28,738 nt of DNA. It comes from a virus. Its lineage: Duplodnaviria; Caudoviricetes. The translations under genes were made by a program, and so were the position numbers. How positions within the stretch are numbered: position 1 is the first letter of the stretch; each line of letters starts with the position of its first letter. The notes under the pieces were generated by a model. The model searched no databases. It saw only the letters and a program-made list of their open reading frames with translations, and was not told where the DNA came from. Positions 17,726 through 26,920 of this stretch are shown here, piece after piece. The stretch is taken from positions 1 to 28,738 of IMG/VR virus record IMGVR_UViG_3300032288_003239. One strand, 5' to 3'.

Positions 17726-18895
17726 TTAAGCAAATTTTAGTTTAGTTGTATCAACTGCAACTTTACCTAGGTAGTCACCTGCATTACCTAGAGAAGAAGC
17801 TGTGTTTGTCAACTCAACATAACCATAACGTGTCATGAATGATACGACTGGTTCGAAAGTTGCTGGGTCAAGAACAACACCACTGCTCATCAATGGAATG
17901 TATGGGCAATAGAATGCTGCTGCATCAGATTCGCTAGAACCTTTGTAACCAACTAAAACGTCGTCGCTTGTAGCGTAGCCGTTTACATACACTTTCATTG
18001 CGCTGTTCAATGTACCAACAAACTTGGTGTTTGTAGGTGCTTCGAATGTGCCTTCTGTAGTGCGAGCAAAAGCAGAAGTAGTAGCACTTTGTAGAAGTGT
18101 TAATGTTGTTGGACTTACAACACACCAGTTACCAGCACCACGACGTGTACGTTGTGCGATCAAGTTAGATACACGGTTGATTTGAACAGCTAAAGCAGCG
18201 TGTTCGTCACCAACGAATGTAGCAGTACCTGAAACAGCGGACTGATCGTATGTTAATACTGTTGTTGAAAGGTTAGATAAAGAAGCAAGAACTTCTTGAT
18301 CGATTTCAGCTGTGATTTCTTGAGCTAAAGCAGCCATGATTTCTGCTTCGATGTCAATGCCTTGTTGGGCTTGTGCATCTTGAGCAGCTTCAAACGTCCA
18401 GCGAGCAGACAATTTACGTGTCTTAGCTTCAACTGTTTGTTTCAAGATTTGGATGCTTAGTCTGTTACCTGCAACACCTTCAAGAGCTGCTGTAGCAGCG
18501 GCCTTGTCAGTAGCAGCACCAGAATAGCCTTCAGCAATCTTGAATGGGCTTAGTGCTTCATCACCAGCTGTGATGTCAGTACCGCTTGTGCTGCTAAAGC
18601 CATCTGCATAGCGAACACGTAGGGTATGGATCTGACCAACTGGACCAGTCATTGGTTGTACACCAACTAGTTCATTAGCAATGACTGTTGGCATTACACG
18701 TCTGATCACTGGAAGGATCACACGATTTAGGGTTGCAACGTTACCGGACGAAGTTGCGCCAGCTGTGGCAGACTCAGACAAATACTTGCGGGTATTTTCG
18801 AGAGTTGTTGCCATCACTGTACGCTTGTTACCTTGAAGACCTTCTAGAAGGGCGTCTTTGGTTTCCGACCAGCGTGACTCGAGTAATTGTGACAT
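17726..18895 (-). CDS. gp23: Major capsid protein, T4 gp23-like (389 aa)
   Basis: LVGVQPMTGPVGQIHTLR, VEAKTRKLSARWTFEAAQD, IAQRTRRGAGN, AFYCPYIPL and FMTRYG motifs; follows scaffold and protease; strong RBS and terminator. Confidence 0.97.
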   Translation of the reverse strand: MSQLLESRWSETKDALLEGLQGNKRTVMATTLENTRKYLSESATAGATSSGNVATLNRVILPVIRRVMPTVIANELVGVQPMTGPVGQIHTLRVRYADGFSSTSGTDITAGDEALSPFKIAEGYSGAATDKAAATAALEGVAGNRLSIQILKQTVEAKTRKLSARWTFEAAQDAQAQQGIDIEAEIMAALAQEITAEIDQEVLASLSNLSTTVLTYDQSAVSGTATFVGDEHAALAVQINRVSNLIAQRTRRGAGNWCVVSPTTLTLLQSATTSAFARTTEGTFEAPTNTKFVGTLNSAMKVYVNGYATSDDVLVGYKGSSESDAAAFYCPYIPLMSSGVVLDPATFEPVVSFMTRYGYVELTNTASSLGNAGDYLGKVAVDTTKLKFA

Positions 18896-18906
18896 TATAG
18901 TTCTCC

Positions 18907-20001
18907 TTAAACTTTTAGTCCCGCAAGCCTGCGGATGTCAAATATCTCAGCGGTTTTTTCCTCACCACTGATTGTTTGTGCCTGATTCTTATCGCCTGTA
19001 ATTTCTTTGCCTTCGGTTAATGCTTTTTTAATTGGTGTACCACCGTTCATTACTGCTGGTAGGTACTTGTCATACGCTGAGCGTAATTTTTCAGTTTGTA
19101 CTGATTCTAATAGTTCGCCCATTACTGAACGCTTGTCGCCGCTCAAAGGTCCTAACAATTCGCCCATTACTTCTCTGCGAGCTGCCTGGTCTTTGGCCAT
19201 GCGTAGTTCAGCTTCTTTGCTTTCTATTAGTTTTTGTGATTCTGCAACAATTTTAGCTGCTTCTTCTAATTCTGCTTCTTTAACTTGAACTACTTTTAAT
19301 AGTTTTGCAGTTTCAGATTTTTCATTTAGATGACTTGCAGCGTATTCGCTTGAGAAGCTTTCAAAAATTCTGCGTCCAAAGTCGTTCTTACGAGCTGCTT
19401 CAATGTCTTCACGTAGTTGAGTCATTTCAGATTTAAGTCCTTTTGCGACTGTTTCTTCAACGATTTGTGCTGAACGTGTAATGAAATCTTTCTTGATAGC
19501 CTCAAACTTAGCTTTGCTGTCACGGATCAAACGTACTTTAGTTTCTGCTAGGTCTTTCTTATCTGCGTGGAATTCTGCGATTTCTTTCGCTAGTGCGTCC
19601 ACGATAAATGATTCATATTTTGCAACATTGTTTGCAACTGCTTTGCGATCTTCGTGTAATTCTGCCAGTTCTTTCTTCAAATTGTTTAGCACGAATGACT
19701 CTAATACTTGCGCATCTTGTGTCATTTTTGCTGCATATTTTGCACGGGCTTCAATTAGTCCTTGGCGGTCTTCTGCGAGTTCACCAAGTTCCGCTTGTAA
19801 GCGATCCATTAGCATTCCCTCAACAGCTTCTACCATTGCACCTTTATCATGCTCGTATTTCTGTGCGAATTCTTCACGTAGTTCAGCAGTGACTTGATCA
19901 CGGTTTTCTTGAATCCTACTATTCCAAGCGGTTTCAATCTCCGATTTTATTTCTTCGGAAATCACATTGTTTTCAAACAATTGTTTAACGATGTCTAGCA
20001 T
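18907..20001 (-). CDS. gp22: Prohead core scaffolding protein, gp22-like (364 aa)
   Basis: Glu/Ala/Lys-rich coiled coil between protease and capsid genes; GRRIFESF motif; many L-x-E sites. Confidence 0.85.
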   Translation of the reverse strand: MLDIVKQLFENNVISEEIKSEIETAWNSRIQENRDQVTAELREEFAQKYEHDKGAMVEAVEGMLMDRLQAELGELAEDRQGLIEARAKYAAKMTQDAQVLESFVLNNLKKELAELHEDRKAVANNVAKYESFIVDALAKEIAEFHADKKDLAETKVRLIRDSKAKFEAIKKDFITRSAQIVEETVAKGLKSEMTQLREDIEAARKNDFGRRIFESFSSEYAASHLNEKSETAKLLKVVQVKEAELEEAAKIVAESQKLIESKEAELRMAKDQAARREVMGELLGPLSGDKRSVMGELLESVQTEKLRSAYDKYLPAVMNGGTPIKKALTEGKEITGDKNQAQTISGEEKTAEIFDIRRLAGLKV

Positions 20002-20014
20002 GTGATTCTCCTAG

Positions 20015-20647
20015 TTAGTTGAGTCTAGAGATGATTCTCTTTAGACTCTCTGCTATGTACTTCTGAGCCTTTGGGTCGCCTTGAACTTCTTGTGCTACTT
20101 GAAATGCCTTATAACCGCCTGTGTTGTTTATTAAATGTTCGTATACTGGTGTAGGGTATGCACCGGGTGCGCTGGGCTGTGCTACTACGTCAACCGTGAT
20201 AATTTCAAAATCTCGAACATTACCTTTCCCGTCAACTTCGCCGCTGCCCCTACTTGAAACTCCTAATTTGACTCCCGACTCCAACATGGTCTGTATTAGT
20301 TGACCCATTGGAGTAGGTAGTACTTTAAGTTTTCCGTAGCCGTTAGGACCGTCCATCCACATCTTGGTAATCATGTGTGAAACACGATCAAGATTGATTT
20401 TTAAATCTGCCGGGTGATCTACTTCACCTAGTACGGAGTAACCTCCAGCGATCTGCTCGTTGAGCGTTTTGACAGCCTTGCCAATTTCTTGAGAAGAATA
20501 AACACGTTGGTTTGCATTGCGGATGTCTCCTTGAATGCAAATCCCGTTGAGATGCAACGACTTCTTGCCGTTGCTTCCTTCTTCGCTCTCCAAGACAATC
20601 TTAGCCTGGTCGAAACTCAAATGTTCACTAAGGGTAAGTTTATTCAC
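20015..20647 (-). CDS. gp21: Prohead core protease, gp21-like (210 aa)
   Basis: NANQRVY, LGEVDHP, INLDRVSH, LGVSSRGSG and DVVAQPSAPGA motifs. Confidence 0.96.
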   Translation of the reverse strand: MNKLTLSEHLSFDQAKIVLESEEGSNGKKSLHLNGICIQGDIRNANQRVYSSQEIGKAVKTLNEQIAGGYSVLGEVDHPADLKINLDRVSHMITKMWMDGPNGYGKLKVLPTPMGQLIQTMLESGVKLGVSSRGSGEVDGKGNVRDFEIITVDVVAQPSAPGAYPTPVYEHLINNTGGYKAFQVAQEVQGDPKAQKYIAESLKRIISRLN

Positions 20648-20662
20648 CTTTTTTGGATCCTA

Positions 20663-21514
20663 TTATCTACGACCACGGAAAAGGCTTTGCTTGTTGTCAG
20701 CGGATTCTTTTGAACCTGCTTTCTCAGCACCATGTCCAGGTTCTTTCTTAGCAAAAGCACCACCGGCTTTACCGCCTGGGACATTGATGTTACCAGCGTT
20801 ATCTTCTTTTGCAGTTCCTTTTAGCAAACCATTGCCTTTTAATTGACCTTGGCCAGCAAAAGTAGCTGCTTCTTCTTTAGAAGAAAGAATGTTAGCAGTT
20901 GTGCCGCCCATGTCATTCTTCATATTATCAATTGTTGATTTTTTGTTGTCAGCTTTTTCAGCAGCACCTTTCTTTTCAGCGCCGTGTCCAGCTGGAACTT
21001 TTTCTACATACTCACGTACAGTAGCTAGATCAAAATCTTCTTCTTTAGCAAAAGGATTGCCTTCGTCTTCACCTTCTTCGTCACCATGGTGTTCACCGGC
21101 TTCCATGCCTTTTAGCTCGTCAAATTTAGCCTGTAGTTCGTCTACAATAGAATCTAGATCTTGGAATAGTTCTTCTTCTGATTTTTCTTCTTCTGGACCT
21201 TCTTCTGGACCCATATCACCTGCTAGGTCGTCTGTTGGATCTTCACTGTCTAGGTCCATTTCGTCATCGCCTTCGTAGGCAATATCTTCAAATTCTTCGT
21301 CGACTTTGTCGTCTTCGTCTTTGTCTTCTTCAGAAGCTTCATCAACTTCTTCGTCTTCTTCTTTTTCTTCTTCAGAAATTTCAGATTCAATTAAATTTTC
21401 ATAAATTTCACGTGAAGCTGAAACTACGTATTCGTGGAAAAGCTCTTCGGCTTTTGCTTGATCGTCATTCACAAGATGCTCTAGCATTTGTGACAATAGG
21501 GTTTTATCTGCCAT
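20663..21514 (-). CDS. Highly acidic putative prohead core protein (283 aa)
   Basis: D/E-dominated N-half and K/G/A-rich C-half; position between portal and protease, where T4 has gp67/gp68; AAAGGAG RBS. Confidence 0.75.
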   Translation of the reverse strand: MADKTLLSQMLEHLVNDDQAKAEELFHEYVVSASREIYENLIESEISEEEKEEDEEVDEASEEDKDEDDKVDEEFEDIAYEGDDEMDLDSEDPTDDLAGDMGPEEGPEEEKSEEELFQDLDSIVDELQAKFDELKGMEAGEHHGDEEGEDEGNPFAKEEDFDLATVREYVEKVPAGHGAEKKGAAEKADNKKSTIDNMKNDMGGTTANILSSKEEAATFAGQGQLKGNGLLKGTAKEDNAGNINVPGGKAGGAFAKKEPGHGAEKAGSKESADNKQSLFRGRR

Positions 21515-21549
21515 GTTGTATTCTCCTTTGGATTGTTAAGGCTGTGTTT

Positions 21550-21555
21550 TATTTA
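21550..21555 (-). promoter_or_regulatory. Putative late promoter core (AGTAAATA) for the core-protease-scaffold-capsid operon
   Basis: TAAATA in the intergenic gap about 35 nt upstream of ATG 21514. Confidence 0.6.
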
Positions 21556-21577
21556 CTACGTAGATTAAAAAATGGCT

Positions 21578-22225
21578 TTAAATGACACTTTTTTGATTGG
21601 TTTGATCTGTATATATAGTTTCAGGAAATTTTTTCTGAAAATCCTCAACAGTCAGATGTTCTATATTGGGCATTGCGCCCAATTTATCTGGAATTATATT
21701 TCCTTTTTCTATTACTCTATGGAACCTAGTAGACCTAAATTCCTGTACAACACGCTCAGTTTGATTGAGCCAATTGCCATAAAATGTAGCCACATCAGTG
21801 CTTTTTTTGTAGTTAAATGTGTCTGCATAAACATTGTTGAGCTTGCCACCTAGTCCTTGATAATCAAATCCTAAAATGTATACATCTCTGTGACCTCTGC
21901 TACAGGCCAACCATAATGCTGTAGGGCCGCTGCTCCAACCTTTATGCGGATTGAATATGTTAAGACGATCTTTTGAAATGATTCCTTTGTTAGGATTTGT
22001 CCACACTTCGTGATCTCTATTATATCCAGATGATATAATTTCGTTGACCATTTTAACATCAACTGCTACCAGTGCATCTGGAGCAAATTCTCTATAAAGT
22101 GCATTGCACCCGTAGATCGAACCTAACTTTGAAAGTGGTTGGAGAGCTACCGCTAGTCTGCTGCGGCCGTTTCCTAGTACAAATGCTGTGTTATTGGGCG
22201 GGTTCTGCTTCAACTGGGGTTGCAT
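21578..22225 (-). CDS. Sialyltransferase/Maf-like glycosyltransferase (GT29/GT42/MptE-like fold), 215 aa
   Basis: Ordered motifs AFVLGNGRS, YGCNALY, SSGPTA and GHRDVYILGFDY parallel CstII-type IAGNGPS, RCNQFY, TSGVY and GYKEIYLSGIDFY (recalled, not searched). Confidence 0.7.
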   Translation of the reverse strand: MQPQLKQNPPNNTAFVLGNGRSRLAVALQPLSKLGSIYGCNALYREFAPDALVAVDVKMVNEIISSGYNRDHEVWTNPNKGIISKDRLNIFNPHKGWSSGPTALWLACSRGHRDVYILGFDYQGLGGKLNNVYADTFNYKKSTDVATFYGNWLNQTERVVQEFRSTRFHRVIEKGNIIPDKLGAMPNIEHLTVEDFQKKFPETIYTDQTNQKSVI

Positions 22226-22436
22226 ACATCTGTTGAATAAATCCCAGTTCTGATTTTTCTTCTGCTTCGTGCGCTTCGCTTTGTAATCTCAATTGATTAA
22301 TTTGACGTAGGGTTAAACGAATTTTTCGTTTGTCTTCTTTTTCGACCACAGAGCTGTCCTTGCTATTGTCGTATCTACGATCATTAGCCATTGCATTAGA
22401 ACTGTCGTTGAAATAAAAGAATTCGTTAAGAAGCAT
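22191..22436 (-). CDS. Small head-morphogenesis-associated protein (81 aa; start revised to ATG 22436)
   Basis: The track start at 22556 lies inside the portal gene. ATG 22436 is 4 nt after a perfect TATAAATA; the protein starts MLLNEFF. Confidence 0.75.
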   Translation of the reverse strand: MLLNEFFYFNDSSNAMANDRRYDNSKDSSVVEKEDKRKIRLTLRQINQLRLQSEAHEAEEKSELGFIQQMYATPVEAEPAQ

Positions 22437-22440
22437 AGTG

Positions 22441-22448
22441 TATTTATA
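22441..22448 (-). promoter_or_regulatory. T4-type late promoter TATAAATA
   Basis: Exact consensus in the 22-nt gap after the portal stop. Confidence 0.8.
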
Positions 22449-22458
22449 CTGGGCTAGA

Positions 22459-24162
22459 TTATTGGGCTGGTGCTGCTTCTGCTGCGCCAGCTTCTGCTCC
22501 GCCTGCTTCGGCAGCAGCAGCCATGTCTTCGGGTGCTTCAGCGGCTTGCGCTCCAAGATCTGCAGCCATGCCGCCGGGAGTAACTCCTGCTGATCTTAAC
22601 TCTGCAGAAGCATCTGCAGGTGGTTTTAATTGAGCACCGTTTTCTTCTCTCCATAGGCGTTCGTTTTCTTTGATCTCGTCTTCTGACAATCCTAAGAAAC
22701 GTTTTAGTGCAAATCGCTTGCTGAGATGCGGGATTTGAGAAATAGTTCCGTATGTTGCGGCTCTAGCAGTGTCAAGTTCACTTTGACGATACGCTGCAAA
22801 GTTCTGTGGTTGATTAAATTTAAGCTCAAATAAACTTGAATCAATATTAATTCCTTGATCGTTAAGCCATAGTTTAAATTCTAAATCAAAAGTTTCTACA
22901 ATCATTGATTGTAATCGTTTGCAATATTCGTTGAAGCGTAGTTCTTGAATATATGCTGTGCCTACTTTACCATCAGCGACTGTATTAGGTTGTTCATCGA
23001 TGGCAGTAGGAAGGTAAGAACTAGGTATGCGCAAAGCCCTAAAGAGCTTGTTAGTAAAATAACGTAAATCAGTAATTTCTCCAAGATTTGTACCTCCAGG
23101 TAATGTTTCTACTTTCGACCCACGACCTTCTGCTGTCTGTGGAAAGAAGTAATCTTCGTTTACACTTAGTGGATTATAACTAGCGTCTATGACGTTGGCT
23201 CCGCCACCTGTTGAGCTAGGAATACGACGTTGTTGAATTTCGTTTTTAACACGTTCAACAAAGCTCATAGCCATGTGTGCCGGCATATTTCCAACGTCTA
23301 CATAGAAAATACGTCTTTCTGGAGCACGTTGTATACGATAGATAATGATAGCGTCTTCAAGCAGTTCTTTCTGCTTGTAGACTTTGAATACTGATTCTAG
23401 CAGTGAGTTACCAAACGGATAGTTATTGTCTAGTCCTTCACTTAGGCTGATATGAACCACGTGTTTGGCATCAATAGTAACTTCGTTGGTTTGGTTTTGA
23501 AAACGTGTGCCTGGTGGACGAGCAGCATCACCTACAAACCCTCGACCAAATCCACCTCCGGTGGTATAGCTTGAAGTACCGCTAGGTGCTGTGTTAGTTG
23601 TACCGTGTGGAGTTGTTGCTATTAGATTTTTAAAATTAAAATTAATGTCTTTGACTACATATTGTTCAGGAATTTTTCCTTCGCTTTCGTTGACAATAAT
23701 CTTTGTAACTTTGGCTGCGTCGATAAACAACCATTTTTTAGTTTCGGGATCACGCACAAAGAAACAGTCGCCATACTTAAATGCATTACGTACAATACGG
23801 AAGATACGAGTTTCAAATTGCTGTTGTTTGGTCCATTTTTGCAGTGCGTCTTTCAACAGTTTAACTTCGGTTGAAGTTGGCGATCCTCTAAATGTAGTTA
23901 GAAACGGAGTTCCGTTTTCTTTGTCTTTTTGTGTACAAAATTCTGTTAAGATGTCTAAGGCAGCGTTGACTTCTGAATCCATGTCCATGGTGTCATACTG
24001 CATGTAACGTTCTACACGATTTGGTGCTCCGGCATAGACATCAGGTAGATATGACGAATAGTTTGCACGAGCAGGTCCTGGACGGCCACGTCCGCTTATA
24101 GGGCTGAACGATCCGGATTGGTTGCTGATATCAACTGGTGTGAAATATTTTTTCCAACTCAT
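22459..24162 (-). CDS. gp20: Portal vertex protein, T4 gp20-like (567 aa)
   Basis: LLEDAIIIYRIQRAPERRIFYVDVGNMP, EDYFFP...GRGSKVETLPGG and YFTNKLFRALRIPSSYL motifs. Confidence 0.97.
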   Translation of the reverse strand: MSWKKYFTPVDISNQSGSFSPISGRGRPGPARANYSSYLPDVYAGAPNRVERYMQYDTMDMDSEVNAALDILTEFCTQKDKENGTPFLTTFRGSPTSTEVKLLKDALQKWTKQQQFETRIFRIVRNAFKYGDCFFVRDPETKKWLFIDAAKVTKIIVNESEGKIPEQYVVKDINFNFKNLIATTPHGTTNTAPSGTSSYTTGGGFGRGFVGDAARPPGTRFQNQTNEVTIDAKHVVHISLSEGLDNNYPFGNSLLESVFKVYKQKELLEDAIIIYRIQRAPERRIFYVDVGNMPAHMAMSFVERVKNEIQQRRIPSSTGGGANVIDASYNPLSVNEDYFFPQTAEGRGSKVETLPGGTNLGEITDLRYFTNKLFRALRIPSSYLPTAIDEQPNTVADGKVGTAYIQELRFNEYCKRLQSMIVETFDLEFKLWLNDQGINIDSSLFELKFNQPQNFAAYRQSELDTARAATYGTISQIPHLSKRFALKRFLGLSEDEIKENERLWREENGAQLKPPADASAELRSAGVTPGGMAADLGAQAAEAPEDMAAAAEAGGAEAGAAEAAPAQ

Positions 24163-24171
24163 AGTTTTGTA

Positions 24172-26853
24172 TTATCCAATACCAGCATATAAATCGCCGC
24201 TTAATTGTCCAAGTTTAGATACTTGAACAGCACCTATATCGTGGTGATCTTTACTGATTTTAATTAATTGATCCATCTTAGTATTTAAGCTAGCCAACAA
24301 AGTTGCAGGTGAATCTTGAGCTGCAGGTGCTGGGCCTGTTGTTCCGGGAGCTGTGCCGCTTCCTACACCACCTGCGGCTCTTTCTGCTGCGGCCCTTTCT
24401 TCTTGTTTTTTAGTTTCAGCGTCAGCTACTATAGATCTTCTTGTTGTATCAGCACCTGCTGTTGCTGTACTTGGAGGATTTTGAATCAACGCACTATTTT
24501 CTCGGGCAGCAAATCCAGTTAGCAGTTGGTTAGGATCATCGTAATTTAATGCAACCTGTTTGTTTCTAGCATCTTCTTCTTTCTTGTTTGCCGATTCTAA
24601 TCCAGAACCATGTCGTTTAGACTGTTCAATTTTCTTGAGATCAAGATTGGATTTAACTTCATCTCTCTTTTTCTGTTTGGCAAGATCCTCTTCTTCTGCC
24701 TTGGCTCTATTTTCAGCCATTCTATCAGACATCTTGGTGACTAATTTTTCACGCTCTTCGGCATTCTTCTTGATGTCTTCTTCGGTTTCTTTTATTTGAT
24801 CTTTCATATCTACACCGGGTAGATAATCTAGAACCTTTAGGAATCCAAGTTTTAGGTAGTTTAAGAAAGTTTTAAATCCTTCCCACATGTATAGTAATCC
24901 ATCCTTAACTACTTCTACATCTCCTCCAAACTTTTTAAATATTAACCATAACGCTGTTACACCTGCAATTAATGCAAGCACCGGCCATGTGGCTGCTAAC
25001 ACCGCTCCAGCCATGGCAATCAAACCACCGATGACTGGTAGCTGTGCTGCGGCCTGAGCTATATCCATAGCAGTTTTTGCCCATCCTATAACTGTATTAG
25101 CTGCTACCCAAGCCCCCCATACTCCAAAAACAACTCCTAATCCTATAAGTATAGGTGTTAGATTTCCTGCAATAAATTCTGCTATTGCTTTAATCGGCGG
25201 CAATAAAAATTCAGCAACTGCTTCAAATACTGGAAATAAATTTTCTATAGCAGTTTGAATTCCTGGAAGAAGATCAACAATGAAAAATGCTGCAAGATCT
25301 TGGAAAGCTGGATACAACGTGGTTATTAAGAAGTTACCAATGCCTGTCATTGCCGGTGCAAATGCTGTTGACAACGATGTCCATAATGCGCTAATTACTC
25401 CTGTGACCAATTCAAAAGCAGGTACCAAATACTTCATTGTGAAATTAGCCGCTGCTTCAAATGCCGACATCAGTGTGCTTAATAATCCACTATTAGCCAA
25501 CACCATTTGGAAACTGTTACTGACCGCAGCAATATTTTGTTTTGCTTTTTCCATTGCGGCAGCTTGTGAGGCAGCGGCTTTTTCTTGTTCTGTTAAAACT
25601 TTTTCTTTGCCATCAATATCACGCTTGGCTAATTCAGCCATACCAATATAGGCATTGCCCATCTGTCCTGCATTAAACTGTGCTTGTGAAACCATTTCAC
25701 TAGACTTAGCCGCTACTTTTGCTTCTCTAACACCATTTTTATAAATTTGATCATAGCTGTCTTGCGAAACTTTAACTCCGCTACGTACTGCTGCTCCTTG
25801 CGCAAGAATACTTTGTGCTAGGCCGGGCATCGAATTGTTTAACATAATACCCGCTTCGCTGGTTATATTACCTGTAGCGATCATTTCTTTAACAGCTTCT
25901 TGTTGTTCTTTAGGAAAGCTGCTGACGAAATTGTTCATCATCTTGGCTTGATCAGCATCAAGATTAGCAATGGCCGCACGGAATTGTGAATCTTTTAATC
26001 TTGCTGCCTGTTCATCTTCAAGTGCTTTTCGACTCTGCCCAGTAATTTTAGCCAGTCCATCTAATTCTTTTAGATACTGGCCTGCACCTTGTGCTAATTC
26101 CTTTGTGGATTTTCCCTGTAATGCTCCGCTGGCTCCATAGGTTTTGATATAATTGGCCATACCTTCGTTAACTTGTTCAGTGGTATAGCCAAGTCCATAT
26201 AGTTGTTCTCCTATTTTGCTACCTCGGATTTCCTTAGACATGGCAGAAAATCTTTTTGCACCCTCTTCAGTAGTTCCTCCCAGTGTCATTAAGGCTTCGC
26301 TGTTTCTAGCAATCAATCCTCCAAACTTGTCCATGGTCATACCAGCACCGCTGGCTGCAGAAGCAAAATTATTCATGCTTCCACCAAAGGTAGCGCCTGA
26401 TGCTGTGGCTGATTGATATGATGCTAATGTTTTGTCGGCAGCAGCAGCCACCGCAGCAAACATTCCACCTACTATAGGAATCCCAGAAAATACAGATGCT
26501 GCCCCGCTAAAGGAATCGCCTGCATTGGCAAATGCATTGATTAAACTTGTTGTTTGGGCTCCAAGGGCAAAGAAAGCTCCTGTAGCCATCTGTACAGGAC
26601 GAATAATAGCACCGATGGTTTTACCAAGTAAGGCTGCTGAAGACGGGCCTTCTTTTTTACTACCGCCACCACCACCACCATCATTGGCATTTTCTTTATT
26701 TTTAGCATCACCGGGCTTACCGCCCTTTTTGTAACCGCCGCCCTCGCCGCCTTGGATAGCTTTAAGGATTTCTTTCAGCGTGGCTTCAGTTGCTGCATTG
26801 TTAGCAACTACAGATCCGATTCCCGGGATATCGATTGTTACTGGATTGGCCAT
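24172..26853 (-). CDS. Putative tail tape measure protein (893 aa)
   Basis: Long Ala/Gly-rich helical protein with hydrophobic segments (about aa 560-640), periodic aromatics and a coiled-coil tail; adjacent to the hub/chaperone gene. Confidence 0.72.
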   Translation of the reverse strand: MANPVTIDIPGIGSVVANNAATEATLKEILKAIQGGEGGGYKKGGKPGDAKNKENANDGGGGGGSKKEGPSSAALLGKTIGAIIRPVQMATGAFFALGAQTTSLINAFANAGDSFSGAASVFSGIPIVGGMFAAVAAAADKTLASYQSATASGATFGGSMNNFASAASGAGMTMDKFGGLIARNSEALMTLGGTTEEGAKRFSAMSKEIRGSKIGEQLYGLGYTTEQVNEGMANYIKTYGASGALQGKSTKELAQGAGQYLKELDGLAKITGQSRKALEDEQAARLKDSQFRAAIANLDADQAKMMNNFVSSFPKEQQEAVKEMIATGNITSEAGIMLNNSMPGLAQSILAQGAAVRSGVKVSQDSYDQIYKNGVREAKVAAKSSEMVSQAQFNAGQMGNAYIGMAELAKRDIDGKEKVLTEQEKAAASQAAAMEKAKQNIAAVSNSFQMVLANSGLLSTLMSAFEAAANFTMKYLVPAFELVTGVISALWTSLSTAFAPAMTGIGNFLITTLYPAFQDLAAFFIVDLLPGIQTAIENLFPVFEAVAEFLLPPIKAIAEFIAGNLTPILIGLGVVFGVWGAWVAANTVIGWAKTAMDIAQAAAQLPVIGGLIAMAGAVLAATWPVLALIAGVTALWLIFKKFGGDVEVVKDGLLYMWEGFKTFLNYLKLGFLKVLDYLPGVDMKDQIKETEEDIKKNAEEREKLVTKMSDRMAENRAKAEEEDLAKQKKRDEVKSNLDLKKIEQSKRHGSGLESANKKEEDARNKQVALNYDDPNQLLTGFAARENSALIQNPPSTATAGADTTRRSIVADAETKKQEERAAAERAAGGVGSGTAPGTTGPAPAAQDSPATLLASLNTKMDQLIKISKDHHDIGAVQVSKLGQLSGDLYAGIG

Positions 26854-26881
26854 AGATTAATTTTACCTGGTAAAATGCGCA

Positions 26882-26889
26882 TATAAATA
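26882..26889 (+). promoter_or_regulatory. T4-type late promoter TATAAATA for the gp26-like gene
   Basis: Exact consensus 31 nt before ATG 26921, with a GGAG RBS in between. Confidence 0.8.
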
Positions 26890-26903
26890 CTTTTCACTAA
26901 TAG

Positions 26904-26911
26904 TATTTATT
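26904..26911 (-). promoter_or_regulatory. Putative late promoter (AATAAATA) for the tape measure-portal operon
   Basis: 7/8 consensus; forms an inverted repeat with the + strand promoter. Confidence 0.65.
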
Positions 26912-26920
26912 GGAGAAAAA

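Noticed and set aside
22437-22556. Longer 121-aa version of the ORF after portal
   Set aside because: The extension overlaps the portal C-terminus and spans the late promoter; ATG 22436 fits better.
23490-23620. Intein or intron in the portal
   Set aside because: It is only a short Gly/Thr/Ser-rich loop, with no intein terminal motifs, endonuclease or frame break.
24-26734. Numerous short + strand ORFs, and short alternative-frame - strand ORFs, in the track
   Set aside because: They are shadows of long minus-strand genes, with no recognisable motifs or independent expression signals.
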